A stretch of DNA of 64,000 bases from Gammaproteobacteria bacterium (GCA_026710545.1 JAPOQU010000011.1:1155-65154); one strand, 5' to 3'; counted from the first letter of the stretch, positions 19,592-29,098 are shown. Notes: generated by a model not told the origin, from the sequence alone. A program made the numbers and translations.

Positions 19592-19620
19592 ATTATAACG
19601 TCATAACGTTATAATGTCAA
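19592..19620 (-). promoter_or_regulatory. consensus sigma-70 promoter (TTGACA-17-TATAAT) for the antitoxin-toxin operon
   Basis: The minus strand reads TTGACAttataacgttatgacgtTATAATgtctcacATG. The ATG is 7 nt after the -10 box, implying a leaderless or near-leaderless mRNA. An 8-bp inverted repeat TTATAACG/CGTTATAA lies within it. Confidence 0.55.
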
Positions 19621-20570
19621 GCACGCTCCCACACTACCTGCTCCGGCCGTTGGTCTCCTTCCGTTCTGCCCGAGATCGGCGCGAGCGGCAGGGAATCGTC
19701 ACCCGGTTCCATGGTAAAGGTGAAATCAAGGGAATACCACGGTCCGGTGACTTCCGGGTGCGGCGCTGGCTCGTTTGCATGATAAACATAATCTCCGATC
19801 AGTGCCCGGGTCACGCCGAACTGTGCGTCGGTTTCCAGGTAGGGGTCATCATTGACGTAAACCTGTGAGATATGCGTTTTATAGCCCGGTTTGTGTACCA
19901 GGAAATGCATGTGCGCGGGCCGCATATTGGCGCGTCCCTGAACCTTGAGCAGGTCGCCGACCGGCCCGTTCACAGGAACCGGGTAGGCTGCGGGTTTCAC
20001 GGTACGGAAATTAATCCGACCGTATTTGTCGGTGCGAAATTTACCGCGCAAGTTCATATCGGCCTGGGTAAGATCCTGGTTCTCATACAGACCTTCCGCG
20101 GAGGTGTTCCATACGTCAACCTCTGCATCGGCAACAGGGTTACCGTCATTATCCTCGACCCGGGCAGTCACGAACAACGGCGTGCCGATGGTGGTTGAAC
20201 GCACGATTGAGCCGCCGTTCTCCGTTACCGGCGAGTGTTCACGCCAGAACGGGCCCAACAGGTTAGCCGTGGTTTCATCCCGGTCGCGGCCGTTGTTCAA
20301 AAGGCAGACCAGTGACGATATACCCATTGTGCCGGCCAGAAGCACCATTTCGTTATGACTTTTGGTCGTCAGTTGCCCCGCTTGCGCGAGGATTGCGCAT
20401 CCCCTGCGAAATTCGGCTTCTGACAGTTGCACTTCACGGGCGAATTCGTGCAGGTGCCGGACCGCCGCAGAGAGCACTTCCCTCAGGCGCGGGTCCTTGA
20501 TCCGCTGCAACTCGCTGAGTACCGCTTCGGTAACTTGTTCCTGGTTTTCGATGATCATTCCGGACTCCAA
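19617..20570 (-). CDS. intradiol ring-cleavage dioxygenase (hydroxyquinol/catechol 1,2-dioxygenase)
   Basis: GPFWREHSP and RPAHMHFLVHKPGYKTHISQVY are intradiol dioxygenase motifs. Confidence 0.85.
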   Translation of the reverse strand: MESGMIIENQEQVTEAVLSELQRIKDPRLREVLSAAVRHLHEFAREVQLSEAEFRRGCAILAQAGQLTTKSHNEMVLLAGTMGISSLVCLLNNGRDRDETTANLLGPFWREHSPVTENGGSIVRSTTIGTPLFVTARVEDNDGNPVADAEVDVWNTSAEGLYENQDLTQADMNLRGKFRTDKYGRINFRTVKPAAYPVPVNGPVGDLLKVQGRANMRPAHMHFLVHKPGYKTHISQVYVNDDPYLETDAQFGVTRALIGDYVYHANEPAPHPEVTGPWYSLDFTFTMEPGDDSLPLAPISGRTEGDQRPEQVVWERA

Positions 20571-20663
20571 TTCAGGAAATATGGATGCAGTAGTAAGAGT
20601 ATGATGTTATCGTTTTTATGGATTATATACGAACCTGAAAAGGGCACTCCCGGGGAAACAACC

Positions 20664-21833
20664 ATGACCGATCGAATTTCCATTACCGAATACCTCGACA
20701 GCATCGCAGCGCTGGCGCCTGCCCATCGAGAACGGGCCGGAGAAGCAGAACAAGAGCGCCGTCTATCACAGCAGACCGTGGACGAACTGGTCGCCGCAGG
20801 CTTGTTCAGAGTCTACCAGTCCGCCCGTTTCGGCGGGCCGGAACTCTCGATGGCAGAGGTAATACCCCTTATTACACAGGTTGGCAGGGCCTGTCCTGCC
20901 ACTGCCTGGGTACTGGCTATCATGCAGATGCACATCTGGATGATAGGGGTGTATCCGCAGCAGGCCCAGGATGAAGTCTTCGAAGATGACAGCAACACCC
21001 TGGTATGCGGCGTACTGCAACCCAGGGCCATGGCAAAACGGGTAGCGGGTGGATATGAACTGGGGGAAACGACATGGCCTTACGCTTCGGGTTGTGATTT
21101 TGCGCGCTGGGCTACGGTGGGCGGCCTGGTGCAAAGGGACGGTGGTCCGCCTGAAATGAGGGTTTTTTTGTTGCCCAGGGATGAGTATGACATTGTCGAT
21201 GACTGGCAGGTGACAGGCCTGCGCGGCACCGGCAGCAAGAGCCTGGCAGGCGGCGGCACGTTTGTTCCGGAACACAGGACAATCAGTTTTATGGACGCCA
21301 TAGCCGGGGAACTGGGTAAAGACCGGTCACCGTTGTTCAAGTCATCGGTGCTGGGCCTGCTTTATCTTAACCTGACCGGGCCGGCCCTGGGCGCCGCGCA
21401 AACGGCGGTCGAGGTTTTTATCGGCCATATTGAAAACCGCAACCTGCCTTTTTCCATACACAAACAGGTTGATGCTGCCCAGGCGCACCGTCTCCTCGGC
21501 GAAGCGATGCTGCAGACGGGTTCGGCGGAACTGATGATGGAGCGTGGCGCAGCCATGGTGCGCGAGAAGGCTGAAGCCGGAGAGCAATTGCCTGTCGTGG
21601 AACGAAACCGGGTGCGGGTCTACAGTTCCGGCGCGGTCAGACAATGCGTTGCGGCAATCGAGTCACTGTTCCTGGCGTCCGGCGGCACCGCTATACAGGA
21701 GACACACCCGTTACAGCAACTCAACCGCGATGCCAAGGCCATGGCCTTGCACGCGGCCCTGGCACACGAGAACAACCTGGAACTCTGGGGCGCCTCAAGA
21801 CTGGGCAAACCACTGAATTCCGAATTCGTCTGA
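20664..21833 (+). CDS. acyl-CoA-dehydrogenase-fold flavin-dependent monooxygenase, oxygenase component
   Basis: About 389 aa with an ACAD-like fold pattern. The context is an adjacent flavin reductase and a ring-cleavage dioxygenase. The start is taken at MTDRISITEYL. Confidence 0.65.
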   Translation: MTDRISITEYLDSIAALAPAHRERAGEAEQERRLSQQTVDELVAAGLFRVYQSARFGGPELSMAEVIPLITQVGRACPATAWVLAIMQMHIWMIGVYPQQAQDEVFEDDSNTLVCGVLQPRAMAKRVAGGYELGETTWPYASGCDFARWATVGGLVQRDGGPPEMRVFLLPRDEYDIVDDWQVTGLRGTGSKSLAGGGTFVPEHRTISFMDAIAGELGKDRSPLFKSSVLGLLYLNLTGPALGAAQTAVEVFIGHIENRNLPFSIHKQVDAAQAHRLLGEAMLQTGSAELMMERGAAMVREKAEAGEQLPVVERNRVRVYSSGAVRQCVAAIESLFLASGGTAIQETHPLQQLNRDAKAMALHAALAHENNLELWGASRLGKPLNSEFV

Positions 21834-21873
21834 TATTTACTGTGTAGCTTCCGGGGCCGGAATTCAGGTCACC

Positions 21874-21897
21874 GGGGACGGACTTAAGTCCGTCCCC
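21874..21897. repeat. 24-nt perfect palindrome GGGGACGGACTTAAGTCCGTCCCC
   Basis: An identical copy lies at 22584..22607. The two copies bracket the flavin reductase gene. Confidence 0.9.
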
Positions 21898-21911
21898 ATT
21901 CCCCAGATGTC

Positions 21912-22538
21912 CTATTCGTCTATCTCTTCCAGCAAGGCGTCTCCCAGGCCGTAGTAGGTGCCGTTGTAATGGTCGTAGGCGTAATGCAGGACGGGCGCCA
22001 GGGACGCCATGCGGTCTTTGGCGGGGGTGTTGTGCAAAGATGTATCGACCCGTACCGCGACGACTTTGCCGTGGATGACTTCGCCCAGCCAGCGGTGTTC
22101 TTCCACCCGCAATAGTTCACATTCATAGTTGGCGGGGCATTCGGCTACTGCCGGCGCGGCTATTTTTACGGAAGGCTCGGGGGTCAGCCCCGAGGCCGCA
22201 AACTTGTCATCGGCCGGAAACACGGTGGTATTCACACCTTCAGCTATTTTCGCGGTGGGTACGTTAACGACGAATTCCCCGGTAGTGGTGATATTCCGGT
22301 AGGTGCGCGATTCCTTGGCGCCGGCAAAGGTGTCGTAATCGCCGATGACCAGGGAGATGATCTTGGGCGTATCTTCGTCCTCTGCCACGTTGGTATACGA
22401 AGGAAAGAACACCAGGCTGTAAGGCGCCACGTGGGGTTTGCCCGCATCATCTGCGCTGGAGATAAGGAACGCGGGCAGCGCCGGCCAGTACTCCAGGCCG
22501 AACAGGTCTTTTACGGATAATTCGGTTTTATCAGTCAT
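21912..22538 (-). CDS. flavin reductase-like (FMN-binding split-barrel) protein
   Basis: 208 aa with a flavin-reductase-domain pattern (GKPHVAPYSLVFF...). The context is the two-component monooxygenase. Confidence 0.6.
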   Translation of the reverse strand: MTDKTELSVKDLFGLEYWPALPAFLISSADDAGKPHVAPYSLVFFPSYTNVAEDEDTPKIISLVIGDYDTFAGAKESRTYRNITTTGEFVVNVPTAKIAEGVNTTVFPADDKFAASGLTPEPSVKIAAPAVAECPANYECELLRVEEHRWLGEVIHGKVVAVRVDTSLHNTPAKDRMASLAPVLHYAYDHYNGTYYGLGDALLEEIDE

Positions 22539-22583
22539 GATTACTCGGTCTTTTTTTACTGTTAATTATTCCCGGATTCATCC

Positions 22584-22607
22584 GGGGACGGACTTAAGTC
22601 CGTCCCC
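22584..22607. repeat. 24-nt perfect palindrome GGGGACGGACTTAAGTCCGTCCCC (second copy)
   Basis: Identical to the copy at 21874..21897. Confidence 0.9.
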
Positions 22608-22623
22608 TAGGCAAGTCCGTCAT

Positions 22624-23907
22624 CTACCAGGTCTTCTTCGGGTCATAGTCCTGCCCGTCCGGCGACCAGCCTTGCATCCTGGCCCAGCCCTGGCGCTGCT
22701 GTATGCCGCGCATGCGCTTGTTGGCCAGCATGCGCCATTTCGATACGGTCATGTCGGGGCGGATCAGTTTTTCCTGGTGCCAGAAATCTTCGTATTGATA
22801 CACATGGTGGATCTGTTCCCGTCCGAATGCATCGAAGTTGTTGAAACCCCATTCGGCGCCGTCACCCATGGGCGCGGCCTGGTCCGTTGCCGCCTTCCAG
22901 GTGACCGGTATGTATTCTTCCCGGCACGCCTTGTAGAAGGCTTCTGCTTCCTCATCCGAATTCACTTCGGTGGCATGGCAGATAAAATACATATGATGGT
23001 CTTCGTCGATGGGCGTAAACCACTCGAAGTGCAGCACCCCGGGGGCCGGCCACCAGTCCACCTCCAGTCCGCAGGGCAGATAAATACCCACTACGGTCTC
23101 CTGGGGCACATCCGGGGGAGGGATGTTGTCCGGGTCCAGGTTCACCGCGTTCACGGTCTCGCCCTCGATCTCCGTCGTCCAGACCGTGTAGTCATCCACC
23201 TTGACAATGCCCCAGGGACCCTCGTCGTTATCGATGATCTCCAGTGAATCCGGCGTTTTCGGGAAGCTGGAAAGAGGCATGCTGGCATCGGTGAAATCGA
23301 ATATGCCGGCCTTGCGGTGGGCGTACAGGTGTGCGGCGTCGAAACCATTCTCCGCGGCGATACGCCAGTTGGCCCGGAACTTGTTGCGCGCAACCGGGTG
23401 GAACGCCAGTTTGGGCCGCAGGAATTTCGGCTGCAGGTCCTGTTCTATGGGCGGCGGCGGGTCCATGTCGCCCATGAACACAAAGACAACCCCGTTGATC
23501 TCCTGCACGTGATAAGTCTTGTGCTTGAGCCTGCCAATCAGCCTGCTGTCCGGGTCGGTAACGATCTGCACGAGCATCCCATCCCGCACATCGATGGTAA
23601 AACCATGGAACCAGCAGGTCACCGTGTTTTTGGTGTAGCATTCGGGCCGGGCTGAAAAGGCCGCGCCGCGGTGCGGGCAGCGATCAGCGATGGCGTACAC
23701 ATCGCCGTCAACCCGTTTGAACAGGATCCGTTCCCCCATTATCATCTCACCCTTGCATTTCCCTTCTTCCAGTTCATGGCCGAACAACGCAGCATACCAG
23801 TGGTTGCGCAGACCCAGTTCCGCCTTCAGGTAGTCGGGATACGGTTCAAGGCGTTTGTTCGCGCCGTCGATGTTATCTTCCATCTCCCGGATCGGTGTAT
23901 CAGTCAT
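22624..23907 (-). CDS. Rieske ring-hydroxylating oxygenase, alpha subunit
   Basis: Rieske motif CPHRGAAFS...CWFHGF plus a large C-terminal catalytic domain. Confidence 0.8.
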   Translation of the reverse strand: MTDTPIREMEDNIDGANKRLEPYPDYLKAELGLRNHWYAALFGHELEEGKCKGEMIMGERILFKRVDGDVYAIADRCPHRGAAFSARPECYTKNTVTCWFHGFTIDVRDGMLVQIVTDPDSRLIGRLKHKTYHVQEINGVVFVFMGDMDPPPPIEQDLQPKFLRPKLAFHPVARNKFRANWRIAAENGFDAAHLYAHRKAGIFDFTDASMPLSSFPKTPDSLEIIDNDEGPWGIVKVDDYTVWTTEIEGETVNAVNLDPDNIPPPDVPQETVVGIYLPCGLEVDWWPAPGVLHFEWFTPIDEDHHMYFICHATEVNSDEEAEAFYKACREEYIPVTWKAATDQAAPMGDGAEWGFNNFDAFGREQIHHVYQYEDFWHQEKLIRPDMTVSKWRMLANKRMRGIQQRQGWARMQGWSPDGQDYDPKKTW

Positions 23908-24102
23908 GCGTTACAATCCCCCTCTTTGTTAATCCAGCTCCTGCACTGTATGTGTATTGTGCGACCTGACCCCAAAACCCGCATGGTAACATCCGTAGCA
24001 GATCATGGAAATCCGCATTCGGATCAGTTCTCGTAGATTGTATTGACCACACATACCTTGTCAGGTAGATTGGTTTGACATACTGAATGTGGGGAGGAGG
24101 TT

Positions 24103-26688
24103 ATGAATCACTTTTTTTCAGGCCGTTTCGGCATCGGCAGTCCGTTACTTGTCTTGTTACTCGTCGTAATCCCTGCCCAACCGGTCCTTTCCCAGAGCGG
24201 CCTGCTTGAGGAAGTCATCGTCACCGCGCAGAAACGCGAGCAATCCATCCAGGATGTGGGCATTGCCATCACGGCGATCAGCGGCGAGCAGATGGAAGCG
24301 CTGGGAATTGCCAACAGCATCGAGATAGCCCGTTATTCGCCCGGCGTCTCCATGTCCGGCGGCGGCGGCGACCAGCGCAACGAGTTTACCATCCGCGGCG
24401 CGACCCAGAACGATTTTGCCGACCATGCCGAGGCGCCCAATGCCATGTACGTGGACGAGGTCTACCAGGCGGCCCAGCAGGCCCAGTTGTTCGCCAACTT
24501 CGATATGCAGCGGGTGGAAATACTGAAAGGCCCGCAAGGCACCCTGTTCGGCCGCAACGCGACCGGCGGGCTGGTCCACTTCGTTACCAACAAGCCCTCA
24601 CAGGAATCCGAAGCATTCGCTGATTTGACCTACGGTTCCTATGATACGGTCAGGGCGGAAGGCGCAGTGAGCGGCGGCCTGTCGGACACCTTGTCGGCCA
24701 GGCTTTCCGGGGTCTTCATCTACCATGACGATCTCATCGACAACCCGTTCACCCCGGAAGACATGCCGCCGGTACCCGGCCTGCTGCAGGCCGTCGGCCG
24801 GCCCGCGACATTCAACCCCGATGTCGACGTACATGACAAGTACGGCGAGGAGACCTGGGGTCTGCGCGGCCAGTTGTTATTCGAACCCAATGAGGACGTG
24901 GAATTTCTGCTGTCGGCCAACTACGGCGAACAGGAATGGGCGCCCGCGGCCTATAACAGTATCCCCACGGTCGCATTCGTGGATGACACCGACGGCGACG
25001 GTGTGTTCGACGATACGGTGAATACTGCGTTCCAGCGCGATGTGCGCACCACCTGTGAAATGATCAGGGTCACCGACGGCGGCTGTGAAAACTCCATATT
25101 TGACGGCGACCTGGACGGTGTGCGCCCCAATGACCAGGGCGACCTGTTCGGGTTTTTCGACCCGGACCCGATCCACGATTTTGCCGGCCCCAACGACCAC
25201 GCCCCCCACCCGGGCAACGAGGTGGAGATGTATAACATCTCAGGCAAGCTGACCTGGGACCTGGACTTCGCCAGGCTGGTATCGGTGAGCGCGTTTTCCA
25301 ACATCAAGCACCGGCAATCACTGGACGTGGGCGATGCCCCGGTGCCGCAGTTCATCTATTTCCGGCAGACCGATATGGACTGGTTCTCACAGGAAATCCG
25401 CCTGGAAGGCGAGGCCGATCGCATGCGCTGGATCGCCGGCGCCTATTACCTTAATATCGATGCAAAGGCCGCCCAGGGCCTCGCGGACACCATCGGCGGG
25501 CTGAACATTTTCGGCGGTTATTTCTTTGGCCCGGTACTCAACTCCACTAACGGCATTCCGTTTTTTGTGCCGGGTATAGGCGGGACTCCGCTTAACATCC
25601 TCACGGGCGAGACCGGTTTTAACCAGGGCGACCTGTACCTGGAGGCAACCACGGATACGGACCTGGTGACCGATTCCTATTCCCTGTTCGGCCACGTCGA
25701 TTTCGACCTGACCGACCAGTTGATGGTCACGGCCGGGTTCCGCGGCATTATCGAAGAGAAGGACTTCACCTTCACCAACCGGTTGTACCGCAACGTCAGG
25801 GATGGCTACCCTGACGGCGCGCAGTTTGCCGGGGCCGAGCCGCTGAGCCTCATCTTTGTGCCGGGCGTGCCGTTCGAGTTTCTTGCCCCGTATGAGGACA
25901 AGACCTCGGACTTCCTCTGGTCGGGCAAGCTGCAACTCAACTACTCGCCCAACGACGACCTGCTTGTTTATGCCGGCGTTAACCGCGGCGTAAAGGCGGG
26001 CAACTTCAACGGTCCCCTGCTGACCACGCTGACCCAGGATGAATACGGGTACAAGGAAGAGGTCCTGTGGTCATACGAGGCCGGTTTCAAATCCACCCTG
26101 TTCGGCGGCAAGGCCCGTTTCAATGTGTCCGCGTACTATTACGACTACAACGATTACCAGGCATTCCAGTTTGTCGGCACCTCCGGCGCGGTGTTCAACG
26201 CCGATGCCGAATACTGGGGTTTCGAGGCGGAGTTGATCGCCAACCCGGTGGAGAATGCGGACATCTGGCTGGGTTTCAGTTACATAGACCCCGAAGTGAA
26301 AGACCTGGAGGTGGCGGACAACACGTTCAGGGACATCGAACCGACCTTCACCCCGCAGGTCCAGTTTTCCGGGGTCGGCCGTTATACCGTGCCCAACGTC
26401 ATTATGGGCGGTTCGGTCACGCTGCAACTGGACGGCACCTATGCCTCGTCCAGTTTCAGCAACATCAACAATTTTGACAGCCATATCATGCCTGCAAGCT
26501 GGATCGGCAATGCCCGCGTCCAGTGGAGCAGCGCGGACGGGCGTTATTCCATCGCAGGATTCGTAAAGAACTTCTCCAACTCGCGCACCCAGACGACCAC
26601 ATTCGACCTGGCGACCATCGGCGGGGCGGACGAGATATCCTTTGAGAAACCGCGCTGGGGCGGCGTCAATGTGAGGGTGAGTTATTAA
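24103..26688 (+). CDS. TonB-dependent outer-membrane receptor
   Basis: Signal peptide, a plug (LLEEVIVTAQKREQSIQDV..., RVEILKGPQGTLFGRNATGG), a barrel region and a terminal aromatic residue. Confidence 0.9.
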   Translation: MNHFFSGRFGIGSPLLVLLLVVIPAQPVLSQSGLLEEVIVTAQKREQSIQDVGIAITAISGEQMEALGIANSIEIARYSPGVSMSGGGGDQRNEFTIRGATQNDFADHAEAPNAMYVDEVYQAAQQAQLFANFDMQRVEILKGPQGTLFGRNATGGLVHFVTNKPSQESEAFADLTYGSYDTVRAEGAVSGGLSDTLSARLSGVFIYHDDLIDNPFTPEDMPPVPGLLQAVGRPATFNPDVDVHDKYGEETWGLRGQLLFEPNEDVEFLLSANYGEQEWAPAAYNSIPTVAFVDDTDGDGVFDDTVNTAFQRDVRTTCEMIRVTDGGCENSIFDGDLDGVRPNDQGDLFGFFDPDPIHDFAGPNDHAPHPGNEVEMYNISGKLTWDLDFARLVSVSAFSNIKHRQSLDVGDAPVPQFIYFRQTDMDWFSQEIRLEGEADRMRWIAGAYYLNIDAKAAQGLADTIGGLNIFGGYFFGPVLNSTNGIPFFVPGIGGTPLNILTGETGFNQGDLYLEATTDTDLVTDSYSLFGHVDFDLTDQLMVTAGFRGIIEEKDFTFTNRLYRNVRDGYPDGAQFAGAEPLSLIFVPGVPFEFLAPYEDKTSDFLWSGKLQLNYSPNDDLLVYAGVNRGVKAGNFNGPLLTTLTQDEYGYKEEVLWSYEAGFKSTLFGGKARFNVSAYYYDYNDYQAFQFVGTSGAVFNADAEYWGFEAELIANPVENADIWLGFSYIDPEVKDLEVADNTFRDIEPTFTPQVQFSGVGRYTVPNVIMGGSVTLQLDGTYASSSFSNINNFDSHIMPASWIGNARVQWSSADGRYSIAGFVKNFSNSRTQTTTFDLATIGGADEISFEKPRWGGVNVRVSY

Positions 26689-26723
26689 GCCGAAGTCCCT
26701 ATGGGGACAGGTTCACAGGTTGC

Positions 26724-26748
26724 GGGGACAGATTTGAAATCTGTCCCC
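26724..26748. repeat. palindrome GGGGACAGATTTGAAATCTGTCCCC
   Basis: Belongs to the GGGGAC(A/G)GA...TC(T/C)GTCCCC hairpin family. It lies immediately 3' of the receptor gene. Confidence 0.85.
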
Positions 26749-26781
26749 TGTTAACAGGACCAGCCAGCGTCACATGAACTC

Positions 26782-28119
26782 ATGAAAACCACGATCATTC
26801 AAGGTGGAACCCTCCTCACCGCCGATCCTGTACAACCGCTGTTGAAGGACGGCCACATCAGGATAGACGACGGCATCATCACGGCCGTCGGAACAGGCGC
26901 AGGCCCGGACGTGCCGGGAGCAGCGGCCATCGACGCCCGCAACAAGCTGGTCATCCCCGGTTTCGTCAATGCCCATACCCACCTGTGCATGACCCTGGGC
27001 CGTTCCCTGGGCGCCGACCGTACCCTGCTGCAGTGGCTGGCCGAGGCGCAACTGCCGTTCATGGGACAGATGGATGCCGAAGACTATGCGCTGGCCGTTA
27101 CCCTGGGCGCCATCGAGAACCTCAAGGCCGGCAATACCACCGTATGCGAGATCTTCTTCTCGTCACGCTATACCGACGGCGCCGATGCGCTGGCCGCCGC
27201 GGCCCTGGACGAGACGGGGATACGCGCCTTGCTGTTCCGCTGTTCCAGCGATGAGGAGTTTGCCCCGGGCTTTATCGAAACGACCGGCGAGATCGATGCC
27301 CGCAGCAAGGCGCTGCTGCAAAACTGGCGCGCCCATGACCGGGTCGGGATAGGGGTAGGTCCCCTGGTGCCCTGGACCGCCACCGACGAGTACTGGGCCG
27401 ACACCTGCGCGTTGCGGGACGACGGAGTGGGTGTCCACCTGCATACCGCGGAAACGCCTGAATACAACGACCTGATGTTGGCGCGCACCGGGAAACGCAA
27501 CGTTGAATTCCTCGCCGACGCCGGTGTGTTGAACGAGCGAGTCATGCTGAACCACTGCATCTACCTGGCCGATGCCGAGATTGAGGCCATTGCCGCCCAC
27601 GGCGCGCACGTGGTGCACGATCCCACCTCGAACATGATCCTGGCCTCCGGCAACGCCCCCGTATTGAAGCTGCGCCAGGCTGGGGTCACCGTCGGGCTGG
27701 CCTGTGACGGCCCGGCCTGCAACAATACCCAGGATATGTTCGAGGTAATGAAGGACGCGGCGCTGCTGCAGAAAGTCACCACCCGGGATCCCGTGTCGCT
27801 GACCGCCCGGGACGTGTTTGCCATGGCCACCATAGAAGGCGCCAAAGCCTGCGGCAAGGCGGACCGGATCGGCAGCCTCAGCACCGGCAAGCTGGCGGAC
27901 GTCACCATCGTCGACACCCTGGCCAGCCACCTGCGGCCCATCCACGACCCGTTCGCGACCCTGGTCTATTCTGCCCGCGCCGCGGACGTGGAAACCGTGC
28001 TGGTCGGCGGAAACGTTGTCGTACAGGATAAGCAAGTGCTTACCATGGATGAAGCAGAGATCATTCACAAGGCCCAGTTGCGCGCCGACGAGCTGAGAAG
28101 GTCCGCCGGCCTTAACTGA
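26782..28119 (+). CDS. amidohydrolase-superfamily deaminase/chlorohydrolase-like enzyme
   Basis: Metal-binding motif PGFVNAHTHL, then HLHTAET and a C-terminal GKLADV pattern. Confidence 0.75.
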   Translation: MKTTIIQGGTLLTADPVQPLLKDGHIRIDDGIITAVGTGAGPDVPGAAAIDARNKLVIPGFVNAHTHLCMTLGRSLGADRTLLQWLAEAQLPFMGQMDAEDYALAVTLGAIENLKAGNTTVCEIFFSSRYTDGADALAAAALDETGIRALLFRCSSDEEFAPGFIETTGEIDARSKALLQNWRAHDRVGIGVGPLVPWTATDEYWADTCALRDDGVGVHLHTAETPEYNDLMLARTGKRNVEFLADAGVLNERVMLNHCIYLADAEIEAIAAHGAHVVHDPTSNMILASGNAPVLKLRQAGVTVGLACDGPACNNTQDMFEVMKDAALLQKVTTRDPVSLTARDVFAMATIEGAKACGKADRIGSLSTGKLADVTIVDTLASHLRPIHDPFATLVYSARAADVETVLVGGNVVVQDKQVLTMDEAEIIHKAQLRADELRRSAGLN

Positions 28120-28156
28120 ACTTAATCCACCATCCACTCACGTTGTAAAGACAGCT

Positions 28157-28434
28157 ATGCGCGTTAGTATCTTATTGCCTGTTGTCATCACGTCATGCCT
28201 GTTCCTCTGCGCCTGTGACCGCAGCGAAGCGCCGCAGGGCGGCAGCACAGCCGGGGCCGCGGGGGTCAGCGACGAGCGCCTGGTGAATGCCGATGCGGAG
28301 CCCCACAACTGGCTGAACCACGGACGTACCTGGAGAAAACCGAAACCGACGCCATCCATGCCTACGTTATCAAGCGCGCTCACGACCCGGAATATATGCC
28401 CGCTAGCCTGAAGCCGGTCAGCGCGACACATTGA
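28157..28434 (+). pseudogene. remnant of a PQQ-dependent dehydrogenase gene (N- and C-termini only)
   Basis: Lipoprotein signal (LFLCAC) plus DERLVNADAEPHNWLNHGRTW, a typical quinoprotein N-terminus. After a frameshift this is followed by a C-terminal-like ETDAIHAYVIKRAHD... segment. The propeller of about 500 aa is absent. Confidence 0.55.
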
Positions 28435-28508
28435 TTTGTTGCGGCGCCGACGTTTAAATATTATACTTTAGTAAAACTTTGTAGACGATCTTGTATGACT
28501 GGAGAAGC

Positions 28509-28769
28509 ATGATGACACAACTCGCAATCAGGCAATCGGGAGGCGCCAATATCATCAGTATCCCGAAAGCAATCCTGAAGACGCTAGGCCTCGAGGTAGG
28601 TTCGACGCTGAACCTGTCACTGGAAGATAGCCGGATAGTACTGACTCCCGCAGCCAAGGAACCTACCTTGGAAGAATTGCTGGCAAGGAGCCCCAGGGAA
28701 AACTTCGGACTGACCGACGAGGATCGGGAATGGCTCTCTGAGGCTCCGGCCGGCAAGGAACTGATTTGA
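28509..28769 (+). CDS. mazE: MazE/PemI-type (AbrB/SpoVT fold) antitoxin
   Basis: LAIRQSGGANIISIPKAILKTLGLEVGSTLNLSLEDSRIVLTP. Its stop overlaps the mazF start. Confidence 0.8.
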   Translation: MMTQLAIRQSGGANIISIPKAILKTLGLEVGSTLNLSLEDSRIVLTPAAKEPTLEELLARSPRENFGLTDEDREWLSEAPAGKELI

Positions 28770-29098
28770 CTTACACGCCGGACAAGGGAGACATCGTCTG
28801 GCTTGACTTCGACCCCAGCAGCGGCAACGAGATAATGAAGCGCCGCCCGGCCTTCGTCATATCCAGGAAGGCATTCAACGATCATACCGGAATGGCCGTC
28901 GTGGCCCCGATTACCAGTACCATCCGCAACACCAGGCTGGAAGTAATACTGCCCGATAACTTGAAGACGAATGGTTCGATACTGGTTTACCAGTTAAAGT
29001 CACTCGACATCGTGCAACGCCAGGTAAAATTTATCGAGCAGGCCCCCCGGGAAACCACCAAGCAGGCCACAACACTCGCCAGTATCATCATTCAGTAA
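28766..29098 (+). CDS. mazF: MazF/PemK-family endoribonuclease toxin
   Basis: YTPDKGDIVWLDFDPSSGNEIMKRRPAFVIS...VVAPITS. The apparent start is a TTG overlapping the mazE stop. Confidence 0.85.
   Translation: MTYTPDKGDIVWLDFDPSSGNEIMKRRPAFVISRKAFNDHTGMAVVAPITSTIRNTRLEVILPDNLKTNGSILVYQLKSLDIVQRQVKFIEQAPRETTKQATTLASIIIQ

Noticed and set aside
27163-28137. 324-aa ORF antisense to the amidohydrolase gene, plus similar antisense ORFs in accC, both TonB receptor genes, argH, asmA and guaD
   Set aside because: They are shadow ORFs in GC-rich genes, and the sense-strand products have clear family motifs.
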